From Caulobacter sp. 32-67-35 (lineage in GTDB: Bacteria; Pseudomonadota; Alphaproteobacteria; Caulobacterales; Caulobacteraceae): a stretch of DNA of 64,000 nucleotides. Positions 42,183-50,299 of the stretch are shown piece by piece. The translations under genes and the position numbers were made by a program. Where the stretch lies: positions 8,920 to 72,919 of the forward strand of contig NCEV01000023.1 in the NCBI GenBank assembly GCA_002280875.1. Reading direction: 5' to 3'. The number at the start of each line of letters is the position of its first letter. The first letter of the stretch is position 1. The notes below the pieces were generated by a model. It was not told where the DNA came from. It worked only from the letters and a program-made list of their open reading frames with translations, and ran no database searches.

Positions 42183-44369
42183 TTAGCCTTTCACGGGCAG
42201 CAGGAAGTTCCAGTAGGCCAGCAAAAGGCCCAGAACGGCATAGAGCAGGGCGGTGTAGGTGAAGGCCAGTTTGCGCAGCGTGGTCCAGCTGTCGACCCGG
42301 CGCCCGCCGCGCCAGACGACCGGCGCCATGATCAGGGTGACGGCGGTCAGCGCGCTGGCCACCAGGGCGCAGGCCGAGGCGGTCACCAGCCAGCCGCTGG
42401 GCCAGCCATAGAAGACCCAGGCGATGTCGTCCGACTTGGCGGCGAACACCCCAACGCAGCACAGGGCGATCAGCCACAGGGTCGCCTGCGTGGTCTGCAG
42501 AAGGTTGGCCCGCGTCTGAGTCGGGGTCTGGCGGGTCTCGCGACGGTCGCGCATGAAAACGCCCGCCAGGGTGGCGACGGCGGCGAAGGCCGAGAGGGCC
42601 ACGATCCAGATCAGCAGACCAGCGCCCATGGGAAAGCTGATGCGCTCGAAGGCGGAGAAACCGGGAGACGGATAGAACCGCACCCCGCGCCCGCCGACGG
42701 TTTCGAAGACCAGGGTCTTGGCGCTGTCACTGGCCTGGAACACGCCGGGCTTTTCGGTGGCGTTCCACAGGGTGGAACGGCCGTCGGTCAGTAGGGCCAG
42801 CTGCCCGTCGGGGGTGACGCGCACTTCGGCCCGCTGGGTAATGCGGCCGATGAAGCCCTCCAGGCCGCCATAGGCGCGGCGTGTGCCCAGATAGTCGCCT
42901 TCATAGATCCGGGCCGCTTCCGGGCTGAGGGGGCGCGTGACCGGCACGGCGGGCGCCGGCGCATAGAACCGCTCGATGATCGCGGTCGGCACCACCGACG
43001 GCAGGTCGGCGCCGGTGTCGGTGTTCACGGCGATGAACACGCCCAGGCCAAGGTCAGGAACCACGACCATGTTGGAGAAGAACCAAAGGGTTGCGCCATT
43101 GTGGCCATAGCCGCGCCGGCCGCCGGGCAGGGCGATGTCCTGGAAGCCGGCGTTCCAGCCGGCCGCCTCTGGCGCGGGCTGGTACATCGGTGTGCGGAAG
43201 GCCTGGGCTGTGCGCGGCGAATAGATGGTCTTGCCGTCGATCGTTCCGTTGCCCAGCAGCAGCATCATGTAGCGGCTCATGTCGGCCGCCGTCGAAGAGG
43301 CGCCGCCGGCGGGAGCGACCTGGCCGGTCATTTCGGGCGGCTGCTCGCGCCAACCCAGCTGGGTCCAGCGGAAGCCCGCCGAGCGGTCGGCGGCCAGGGC
43401 CGGGGCCATCGGCGCGGGGAGGCCGTCACGCCAGGGGCGGGCGTCGCGGAAGGTGGTGTGGGTCATGCCGGCCGGGAAAATGATCTCTTCGGCGACCAAC
43501 TGCTCGAAGGGCTTGCCGGTGACATTGGCCACGGCCGCGCCGGCCAGGGCCACGCCATAGTTGGAATAGGTCGGCAGACCGCCGGGCTCGCGCACGCGGC
43601 GGGGGCGCTCCTGACGCAGGTATTCGTTCAGCGGCCGTACGCGCTTCCAGTCCTGCTCAAACAACTGGCCCATGGCGCGATCCTCGAACCCGGGCGTGTG
43701 GGTCATCAGGTGGCGAAGCAGAACCGGGGCCATGTCCTTGCCGCGCACCTGCAGCGGCTCGGGCAGGTACAGATTGACCGGACCGTCCAGGCGCATCCGC
43801 CCGGCCTCGATCTGGTTCATCAGGGCGATCCAGGTGAACGTCTTGGAGATCGAGGCGATGCGGAACAGCGTCCGGTCCGGGTCAACCGCGCGGCGCTCCT
43901 TCAGGCTGGCGACGCCATAGCCCTTTTTCAGCACCACCTGGCCGTTCTGCACGACGGCGATGGTTACGCCGGCGATGTGGTCTTCGACCATGCTGCGACG
44001 GATCAGGCCGTCGACAAAAGCCTCCAGCTCCGCAGGGGGCAGGGGTGTGACCCCGGGGATAGGCGGCGCGATGGGAGCCACCGGGGCTACGGCGGGCCTG
44101 GGCGCAACGGCCCGTCGGGGCGTCGCCGGCCGGGGGCGACGTCGCAGGCTGGTATAGGGGCGAGGACCTTCGGGCGCGACAGAGGTCTGCGCCGGGGGCG
44201 CGGCCTGAGGCGGCGGCGCGGTCTCCTGGGCCTGGGCGACAGTCGCCGAAACCAGAAAACCGATCATGGCCGCAACAAGCGCGGCACCGGACGAAAAGCG
44301 CGACGTCAAGGCCGACCCCCGAGGCTGAATGACTGAGCCGACTTCTAGGGCGCCTCGCACCGCGTTCAA
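42183..44369 (-). CDS. Serine hydrolase (class C beta-lactamase/PBP-like) with C-terminal membrane domain
   Basis: SISKTF (SxxK) and YSNYG (YxN) motifs. Pro-rich N-terminal linker. About 170-aa C-terminal polytopic region. Confidence 0.8.
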   Translation of the reverse strand: MNAVRGALEVGSVIQPRGSALTSRFSSGAALVAAMIGFLVSATVAQAQETAPPPQAAPPAQTSVAPEGPRPYTSLRRRPRPATPRRAVAPRPAVAPVAPIAPPIPGVTPLPPAELEAFVDGLIRRSMVEDHIAGVTIAVVQNGQVVLKKGYGVASLKERRAVDPDRTLFRIASISKTFTWIALMNQIEAGRMRLDGPVNLYLPEPLQVRGKDMAPVLLRHLMTHTPGFEDRAMGQLFEQDWKRVRPLNEYLRQERPRRVREPGGLPTYSNYGVALAGAAVANVTGKPFEQLVAEEIIFPAGMTHTTFRDARPWRDGLPAPMAPALAADRSAGFRWTQLGWREQPPEMTGQVAPAGGASSTAADMSRYMMLLLGNGTIDGKTIYSPRTAQAFRTPMYQPAPEAAGWNAGFQDIALPGGRRGYGHNGATLWFFSNMVVVPDLGLGVFIAVNTDTGADLPSVVPTAIIERFYAPAPAVPVTRPLSPEAARIYEGDYLGTRRAYGGLEGFIGRITQRAEVRVTPDGQLALLTDGRSTLWNATEKPGVFQASDSAKTLVFETVGGRGVRFYPSPGFSAFERISFPMGAGLLIWIVALSAFAAVATLAGVFMRDRRETRQTPTQTRANLLQTTQATLWLIALCCVGVFAAKSDDIAWVFYGWPSGWLVTASACALVASALTAVTLIMAPVVWRGGRRVDSWTTLRKLAFTYTALLYAVLGLLLAYWNFLLPVKG

Positions 44370-44509
44370 AGGGCGGCGTGCGCGATTGACGTCTATTGCT
44401 GGGGACGTTGTCAGGGCGCCCCGTCCTTGCGCCTTGAAACGGAGTCCGCGGGCAGGAACGATGCAGGACAGGGACCCATCCAGGCCCGCCGGCTCGATAT
44501 CGTCAGGTC

Positions 44510-44980
44510 CTAGGTCTTGAACCGGGCGAAGGGCGTGGGAATGGCGGTGCCGGACGCCTTGGCCAGCAGGCGGCCCTCGCTGTCATAGAGCTCGCCCTCT
44601 GTGAAGCAGACAGTCCTGCCCCACTTCACCACCCGCCCGACGCCGCGCAGGTGGCCCGGCATGGCGGGGCGCAGAAAACTGGTCTTCATTTCCAGAGTCG
44701 GGACGACATGGGTCATGCCCGAGGTGATCATGCCCGCCACCGACATGCACTCATCCAGCATGGCGCAGACATAGCCGCCCTGGATCTGCCCCATCGGATT
44801 GCACAGCAGGTCGGCGCGCGCCTCGAACCCGACCTCGACCTCGCGGTCGGCCTGGCGCACGGCCAGCAGCCGGAAGCCCAGGGTGCGTGACCCCGACGGC
44901 GCGTTCTTGGACGCGCGGAACCGTTCGAGGATCGCCTCGTCGGTCAGAACCTGAGGTTGGTCCGCCGCGACGTCGCTCAC
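44510..44980 (-). CDS. PaaI-family hotdog-fold thioesterase
   Basis: 156 aa. NPMGQIQGGYVCAMLD motif typical of PaaI/YbgC-like thioesterases. Confidence 0.75.
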   Translation of the reverse strand: MSDVAADQPQVLTDEAILERFRASKNAPSGSRTLGFRLLAVRQADREVEVGFEARADLLCNPMGQIQGGYVCAMLDECMSVAGMITSGMTHVVPTLEMKTSFLRPAMPGHLRGVGRVVKWGRTVCFTEGELYDSEGRLLAKASGTAIPTPFARFKT

Positions 44981-44983
44981 CCG

Positions 44984-45466
44984 CTACTTCTTCCGGAACT
45001 GGTCGAGGGAGATGATCTTCGGCGTGTCGTCGCCGCCGCTGTCGGCGGGGGCCTCCGGCTCGGGCTCGACGGTGGGTTCCGGCGGAACCACATCGGGGGC
45101 CTCGAACTGCAGGGCGAACTGCACCGATGGGTCATAGAAGCGCGTCACGGCTGCATAGGGCACCGACAGCCGCTTGGGCTGGCCGCCGAACTTGAGGGTG
45201 ACTGAAAAGAACGTCTCGCCTGGCGCCAGGTCCCAGTACTGGTGCTGCAGGATGATGGTCATCTCGTCGGGATACTTGCCCAGCAGGTCCTGCGGGCCGG
45301 ACACCCCGGCCGCCTGGGTCTTGAAGGTGATGTACAGGTGGTGCGGCTCAGGCAGGCCTCCGGGCGCGGCCGCCTTGCGCAGAGCAGCCTTCACGACGCC
45401 CCTGAGGGCGTCCTGGGCCATGGCCTCGTATTGCATAAGATCTTCAGGCGGATTGGTAGGGGCCAT
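44984..45466 (-). CDS. sspB: ClpXP specificity-enhancing adaptor SspB (alpha-proteobacterial type)
   Basis: PHHLYITFKT...MTIILQHQYWDL...FGGQPKRLSVPYAAVTRFYDPSVQF SspB core. Acidic linker and C-terminal IISLDQFRKK ClpX-binding-like tail. Confidence 0.8.
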   Translation of the reverse strand: MAPTNPPEDLMQYEAMAQDALRGVVKAALRKAAAPGGLPEPHHLYITFKTQAAGVSGPQDLLGKYPDEMTIILQHQYWDLAPGETFFSVTLKFGGQPKRLSVPYAAVTRFYDPSVQFALQFEAPDVVPPEPTVEPEPEAPADSGGDDTPKIISLDQFRKK

Positions 45467-45580
45467 GCGGTCCGTCGGGAAACTTGGGAACTGAAACAGA
45501 ACCCCTAGCGTAGCGCGTCGCGGCCTCGGGGCAAAGATGCGGGATCCGGCGAGCGGGCTACTAATTTTGAAAATGGTTAA

Positions 45581-45759
45581 GTGGAGGGATTCTGTTGGCA
45601 GGCTCCCCCATTCCTTCTCGAAGAGAGGAGGGAGCCTCGGCTACCACTGTGGAAAGTGGAGGGATTCTGTTGGCAGGCTCCCCCATTCCTTCTCGAAGAG
45701 AGAGGAGGGAGCCTCGGCTGCCACTGTGGAAAGTGGAGGGATTCTGTTGGCAGGCTCCC
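45581..45759. repeat. Tandem repeat, 2.4 copies of a 75-77 nt unit, abutting/overlapping the 3-prime end of ssrA
   Basis: Unit A 45581-45655 (75 nt), unit B 45656-45732 (77 nt; differs by a GA insertion and one A/G change), partial unit C 45733-45759 (27 nt identical). Confidence 0.9.
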
Positions 45760-46060
45760 TCCGGGCCCCGCCTAAGGATCTGAACCCCTAGGACTTAAGA
45801 GGCGAATTCACCTGCACCGCATTACGCGGCGACGGCGAACTCTTCAGCGAAGTTATCGTTCGCAGTTAGTTTAGCGGCCCGATACGGTGAGCCACGCCGA
45901 GAGAAAGCATAACACCTTTACACGTCTGTCGATGCTGATCGGCCCCATGCAGTCCCGTGATAACTCGGGAGAGATTGGTGGAGCCGCCGGGAATCGCACC
46001 CGGGTCCAGTCCGCTTATTACGTGCGCGTTTATCCCCATAGTCCGGCCGAGACCGGACAT
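45733..46060 (-). ncRNA. ssrA: Two-piece (circularly permuted) tmRNA gene; outer boundaries approximate
   Basis: Minus strand: acceptor piece ends ...GGGTGCGATTCCCGGCGGCTCCACCA at 45976. After about 29 nt, the coding piece starts GGGGCCG at 45946, complementary to CGGCTCC with a G-U at position 3. Tag ORF GCG AAC GAT AAC TTC GCT GAA GAG TTC GCC GTC GCC GCG TAA at 45863-45822 encodes ANDNFAEEFAVAA. Confidence 0.85.
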
Positions 46061-46202
46061 CTTCAATATAGGGCGTTCGCGCCCTGGATGGAAGGCTCGT
46101 GTGGTTCTTCTTCGCCGAGGCTGAGCTGGCATCGATCAGGCGACCCGTGGCGACGGTCCCGGTGTCCTCGAGCGCTGCTCTACCGCTTTAACGTCCTGAA
46201 GG

Positions 46203-47081
46203 TCAGCTGACCGGCTGGGACGTCGGCGGGGTCGCCGCCGGCGCGTCGGCTTCCGGTTCGTCCTCCGACGGCAGGGGTACAGCCGGCGGCTGCGGCCGGG
46301 CGTTGGCGGCGGGCTTTAGCTGGCCACCTGCGGCGATTAGCTGGTCGTAGGCCGCCTGCTGGCGTGAAACATCCGCGCCCCGGGGGAACACGGCGTCGAA
46401 CCGGGCGTCCCGTCCCACCGCCGCGTTCAGGGCCAGGCCGAGGGCCCTGGCGATCGAGCCCACCTCGGCATCGTCGCAGGCGCGCCGCAGGTGCCGGGCC
46501 TGACCGGCGACCAGCAGGGTGATGTCCCAGGCCACGCCGTCCAGACAGACAGGCGATACCGAGCCGTCGCCATAGTCCACGGTCACGTCTCGCGGTTGGC
46601 CCCACATCGCATCGCCGCTCAGGGCCTTCAGCGCCGGGATCTGTTCCGACGGCAGCTCGGCATTGATGTCGACCCGGCGGTCGATTTCCGGCGTGCAGCA
46701 GCCCAGGCCGGCCCGGGCCTGAACGAAGGCCCGGCCGTCGCGGCGCGTGGTGACGCGGATCACCGCCTGGCGTACGCCGCGCGAGGGGCGCGCCCAGACC
46801 TCCAGAACCATCTCGCCCCGGCGCACCAGCTGGTTCTGCAACGGCTGCAGGCCCCACAGGCGATAGAGCAGAGGATCGACGCCATTGGCGATCGGCACGG
46901 GCTCTTCGCGCCGCCCCAGGCGCCGGCCGTGCAGCGGCTCGATTTCCGACGAGGGCCTTGGGATTTCTGGCGACCACCAGACGGCCGGGTTGGGCGCGGG
47001 CGGCGGCAGGTCGGGATCAAGCGCGGGCGGAGCCTGCTGAGCAGCGAGGGCCAGCCCCGCGATCCATCCAGCCAGGCTCAT
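46203..47081 (-). CDS. Hypothetical secreted protein
   Basis: 292 aa with N-terminal hydrophobic segment, high GC3, conserved-looking Cys pairs. No motif recognised. Confidence 0.6.
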   Translation of the reverse strand: MSLAGWIAGLALAAQQAPPALDPDLPPPAPNPAVWWSPEIPRPSSEIEPLHGRRLGRREEPVPIANGVDPLLYRLWGLQPLQNQLVRRGEMVLEVWARPSRGVRQAVIRVTTRRDGRAFVQARAGLGCCTPEIDRRVDINAELPSEQIPALKALSGDAMWGQPRDVTVDYGDGSVSPVCLDGVAWDITLLVAGQARHLRRACDDAEVGSIARALGLALNAAVGRDARFDAVFPRGADVSRQQAAYDQLIAAGGQLKPAANARPQPPAVPLPSEDEPEADAPAATPPTSQPVS

Positions 47082-47093
47082 AGCCGCGCTCCA

Positions 47094-47648
47094 TCACATG
47101 CCTTCGACGCCCCGCTCGATGGAAAGCACCCCCGTGCGGGAAAGTTCCACCAGGCCCAGCGGCCGCATCAGGTCCAGGAACTTGTCGATCTTGGACGGCG
47201 CGCCCGAGATCTCGAACACGAAGCTCTCCAGGGTGGTGTCCACCGGCTTGGCGCGGAAGATGTCGGCCACGCGCAGGGCCTCGACCCGGTCGGCGCCCGA
47301 ACCGCGCACCTTGACCAGGGCCAGCTCGCGCTCGACGCCGTTGGGATCGCGGGTCACGTCGTGGACGCGGCGGACGCTGACCACCTTCTGAAGCTGGGCC
47401 TCGATCTGGTCCAGTACATGCCGCGTGCCGCGCGTCACCACGGTGATGCGGCTGGTGTGAGCCTTGTGGTCGGTCTCGGCGACCGTCAGGCTCTCGATAT
47501 TGTAGCCGCGCGCGGCGAACAGCCCGACCACGCGATGCAGCACGCCTGGTTCGTTATCCACCAGCAGAGCGAAGGTCGCCGTCTGCTCGGCTTCGGAGGC
47601 GACGGGCATGTCGTAGGCGGATCCGGAGGCGGCGGGGGCGTTGGTCAT
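47094..47648 (-). CDS. ilvH: Acetolactate synthase small (regulatory) subunit
   Basis: ACT domain FALLVDNEPGVLHRVVGLFAARGYNIESLTV and C-terminal ALS_ss_C region. Confidence 0.9.
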   Translation of the reverse strand: MTNAPAASGSAYDMPVASEAEQTATFALLVDNEPGVLHRVVGLFAARGYNIESLTVAETDHKAHTSRITVVTRGTRHVLDQIEAQLQKVVSVRRVHDVTRDPNGVERELALVKVRGSGADRVEALRVADIFRAKPVDTTLESFVFEISGAPSKIDKFLDLMRPLGLVELSRTGVLSIERGVEGM

Positions 47649-47935
47649 CAGGCGCGCTTCTTTTCTGTCTTGGCCACGTGCTGGCGCAGCACGCGGTTGA
47701 TCTCGGTCTGATAGGGCTTGTCGCCCGCATGTTCCTTGAACCAGCCGACCACATCGGCGTCCAGCGCCACGGCGTCAGGATGTGCGCGCGGCTCGCCAAG
47801 GCCAGGCCGTCGCGCCAGGAGGGCGTTCTCCGCAGGGGCTTCGGGAATACCCACTGTATCGATCTTATCGTCGGGCAGGGCGTCGAGTTTTGCCAGACGC
47901 TCTACCTGCTCAGAACTAAGCGTTGTCTTGTTCAT
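47648..47935 (-). CDS. brnA: BrnA family antitoxin
   Basis: 95 aa. ...VALDADVVGWFKEHAGDKPYQTEINRVLRQHV is the typical BrnA C-terminus. Its stop TGA shares one nt with the ilvH ATG (TGATG). Confidence 0.75.
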   Translation of the reverse strand: MNKTTLSSEQVERLAKLDALPDDKIDTVGIPEAPAENALLARRPGLGEPRAHPDAVALDADVVGWFKEHAGDKPYQTEINRVLRQHVAKTEKKRA

Positions 47936-48206
47936 AGATTTTGCGCTCCCAAGGAGTCGCTTTCCGCGCGCTGATGATCCGAACTCGTTCCGCATCCGTG
48001 CCACCAATATAGATGTGAACCACCAGCAAGACCGTAACAAATCCGACAACACCGACCGCGTGCCATCGTTGCTCACCGTCGATGAACCGGTCCGGGTAAA
48101 CCACGTTGAGCGGATCGGCCCAGACCAGTTTTGCGTCGTCAAAAGCTACGCCGTGGTTGGCCGGATTAGATCTTGCCTTCTGCGCGCCCCATTCGAATAT
48201 CACCAT
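47916..48206 (-). CDS. brnT: BrnT family (DUF497) toxin
   Basis: MVIFEWGAQKARSNPANHGVAFDDAKLVWADP...RIISARKATPWERKIYE pattern of BrnT. Overlaps brnA by 20 nt. Toxin-first order as in known BrnTA. Confidence 0.75.
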   Translation of the reverse strand: MVIFEWGAQKARSNPANHGVAFDDAKLVWADPLNVVYPDRFIDGEQRWHAVGVVGFVTVLLVVHIYIGGTDAERVRIISARKATPWERKIYEQDNA

Positions 48207-48236
48207 GACGGGTATTTGTTGAAATACCCGTCATGG
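48203..48236. promoter_or_regulatory. Perfect 15-bp-arm palindrome covering the brnT start codon
   Basis: CCATGACGGGTATTT-GTTG-AAATACCCGTCATGG. The arm at 48203-48217 contains the brnT ATG (48204-48206). Confidence 0.6.
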
Positions 48237-48245
48237 CTGTAAACC

Positions 48246-50051
48246 TTAAACCAGTCCCGCCCCAGCCGCGCCGATGACGTTTCCGATGTCCTCGACGTCG
48301 CCCATGATCATCTCGTTGTGGGCCTTGCCCGAGGGGATCATCGGCAGGCAGTTCTCATGCTTCTCGACGCGGCAGTCGAAGACCACGACCTTGTCGCTGT
48401 TGATCATTTCCAGGATCTTGCCGTCCAGCTCGGCCGGATCCGAGCAGCGGATGCCGACGGCGCCATAGGCCTCGGCCAGCTTCACAAAGTCGGGCAGGCT
48501 GTCGGAATAGGAGTGGCTGTAGCGCTCGCCGTGCAGCAGCTGCTGCCACTGGCGGACCATGCCCATCCACTCGTTATTGATGATGAAGATCTTGACCGGC
48601 AGGTTGAACTGGATCGCGGTCGACAGCTCCTGGATGCACATCTGGATCGAGGCTTCGCCGGCGATGTCGACGACCAGGGCGCCCGGATGGGCCATCTGCA
48701 CGCCCAGGGCGGCCGGCAGGCCGTAGCCCATGGTGCCCAGCCCTCCGGAGGTCATCCAGCGATTGGGCTCCTCGAAGCGGTAGAACTGCGCGGCCCACAT
48801 CTGATGCTGGCCGACCTCGGTGGTGATGTAGGTGTCGCGGCCCTTGGTCAGTTCGTACAGCCGCTCGATGGCGTACTGCGGCTTGATGGTGGTTTCCGAG
48901 GTCCGGTACTTCAGGCACTGGCGCGCGCGCCACGTATCGATCTGGGCCCACCAGTCGGTCAGGGCGGCCTTGTTGGGCTGATGGCCGGCGGCCTTCCACG
49001 CGGCGATCATATCCTCGAGCACACTGGCGGCGTCGCCGATGATCGGCAGGTCGACGCGGACGTTCTTGTTGATCGACGAGGCGTCGATATCGATGTGGAT
49101 CTTCTTGCTGCCCGGCGAGAAGGCGTCCAGCCGGCCGGTGACGCGGTCGTCGAAGCGGGCGCCGACGCAGATCATCACGTCGCAGTCATGCATGGCGTTA
49201 TTGGCTTCGAACGTGCCGTGCATGCCCAGCATGCCCAGCCAGGCCGGATCGGCGGCCGGGAAGGCGCCCAGGCCCATCAGGGTCGAGGTGACCGGCGCGC
49301 CGGTCAGGGCCTGGAACTCGCGCAAGGCCGCGCTGGCCTTGGGGCCGGCGTTGATGACGCCGCCGCCGGTATAGAAGATTGGCCGGCGGGCGCGGGCGAT
49401 CATCGCCGCCGCCTCGGCGATGCGGTTTGGCTCGCCCTTGGTCCTGGGGTTGTAGGCGTGGGTCGAGGCCACTTCCGTCGGGCCGTAATATTCGCCCTTG
49501 GCGAACTGCACGTCCTTGGGGATGTCGATCAGCACCGGGCCGGGGCGGCCGGTGGTCGCGATCTTGAACGCCTCATGGATGATCTGCGGCAGGTCGCGGA
49601 CGTCTTTGACCAGATAGTTGTGCTTGGTGCACGAGCGGGTCATGCCGACGGTGTCGGCCTCCTGGAAGGCGTCGGTGCCGATCAGGTGGGTCGGGACCTG
49701 GCCGGTGATGACGACCATCGGGATGGAGTCCATCAGGGCGTCCATGATGCCAGTGATGGCGTTGGTCGCGCCCGGGCCCGAGGTGACCAGCACGACGCCC
49801 GGCTTGCCCGAGCTGCGCGCATAGCCTTCTGCGGCGTGGGTCGCGCCCTGCTCGTGGCGAACCAGGATGTGCTGCAGGCGCGGCTCGTGGAACAGCGCGT
49901 CATAGATCGGCAGCACCGCGCCGCCCGGATAGCCGAACAGCACTTCGACGCCCTGGTCCACGAGGCCGCGAACCACGATCTCGGCGCCGGTCATGGCGCG
50001 GTCGATGGTTTCGCTGGGAGCCGGGCTCTCGATGGTTTGATGGGCGGTCAT
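48246..50051 (-). CDS. ilvI: Acetolactate synthase large (catalytic) subunit, biosynthetic type
   Basis: 601 aa. ThDP motif GGLGTMGYGLPAALG...NNEWMGMVRQWQ. FAD and PYR domains recognisable. Confidence 0.95.
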   Translation of the reverse strand: MTAHQTIESPAPSETIDRAMTGAEIVVRGLVDQGVEVLFGYPGGAVLPIYDALFHEPRLQHILVRHEQGATHAAEGYARSSGKPGVVLVTSGPGATNAITGIMDALMDSIPMVVITGQVPTHLIGTDAFQEADTVGMTRSCTKHNYLVKDVRDLPQIIHEAFKIATTGRPGPVLIDIPKDVQFAKGEYYGPTEVASTHAYNPRTKGEPNRIAEAAAMIARARRPIFYTGGGVINAGPKASAALREFQALTGAPVTSTLMGLGAFPAADPAWLGMLGMHGTFEANNAMHDCDVMICVGARFDDRVTGRLDAFSPGSKKIHIDIDASSINKNVRVDLPIIGDAASVLEDMIAAWKAAGHQPNKAALTDWWAQIDTWRARQCLKYRTSETTIKPQYAIERLYELTKGRDTYITTEVGQHQMWAAQFYRFEEPNRWMTSGGLGTMGYGLPAALGVQMAHPGALVVDIAGEASIQMCIQELSTAIQFNLPVKIFIINNEWMGMVRQWQQLLHGERYSHSYSDSLPDFVKLAEAYGAVGIRCSDPAELDGKILEMINSDKVVVFDCRVEKHENCLPMIPSGKAHNEMIMGDVEDIGNVIGAAGAGLV

Positions 50052-50105
50052 GGCAAAGGTCCGAAAGGGGGTGGCGGTCCGTAGGGGGGCGGAGAAGACG
50101 GAGGC

Positions 50106-50137
50106 TGAAAAGAAAAAAGGTCCCGAAGGACCTTTGC
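50106..50137 (-). terminator. Attenuator terminator in the ilvI leader
   Basis: Minus strand AAAGGTCC-TTCG-GGACCTTT followed by TTTCTTTTC, located between the leader peptide and the ilvI ATG. Confidence 0.6.
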
Positions 50138-50169
50138 GCGCGCGACTGAACTACGACGTGACTTCGAGG

Positions 50170-50205
50170 TCACATCGCGGACAGTCGCTCCATAAGTACG
50201 ATCAT
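50170..50205 (-). CDS. Candidate ilv leader peptide MIVLMERLSAM
   Basis: 11 codons with consecutive Ile-Val-Leu. GCGACTG within it can pair with CAGTCGC downstream, and a GTGAC-N6-GTCAC hairpin overlaps its stop. Confidence 0.5.
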   Translation of the reverse strand: MIVLMERLSAM

Positions 50206-50299
50206 GGTTTTGCGCACGAGTCTTGCTCCAAAGCTACGGAAAGGGTGATGCCATGCGCGAAAGGGGGCGTCAAGGTGGGTTTCAAGGCATGGATGTGCC

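Noticed and set aside
43101-44336. 411-aa ORF antisense to the serine hydrolase gene
   Set aside because: High-GC antisense artefact.
45581-45759. Possibility that the tandem repeat is a mini-CRISPR array
   Set aside because: The segments between the 27-nt repeats are near-identical to each other, so they are not unique spacers. No cas genes are present. It is a simple tandem duplication.
45537-45791. Three overlapping ORFs (45537..45791, 45581..45775, 45595..45783) encoding repetitive peptides
   Set aside because: They arise only because the 75-77 nt tandem repeat is stop-free in all plus-strand frames. The region is the non-coding ssrA 3-prime flank.
45866-46132. 88-aa ORF on the minus strand
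   Set aside because: It lies within the tmRNA gene (acceptor piece, intervening segment and start of the coding piece).
46140-46200. tRNA-like string (minus strand AGCGGTAGAGCAGCGCTCGAGGAC, resembling a D-arm/anticodon stem)
   Set aside because: I could not build an acceptor stem, T-arm or complementary anticodon stem around it. It is probably chance similarity, or part of the ssrA promoter or the terminator region of the upstream gene.
46491-47711. 406-aa ORF antisense to the hypothetical secreted protein and ilvH
   Set aside because: High-GC antisense artefact. The ilvH ACT domain is on the other strand.
48318-50084. 588-aa ORF antisense to ilvI
   Set aside because: High-GC antisense artefact.
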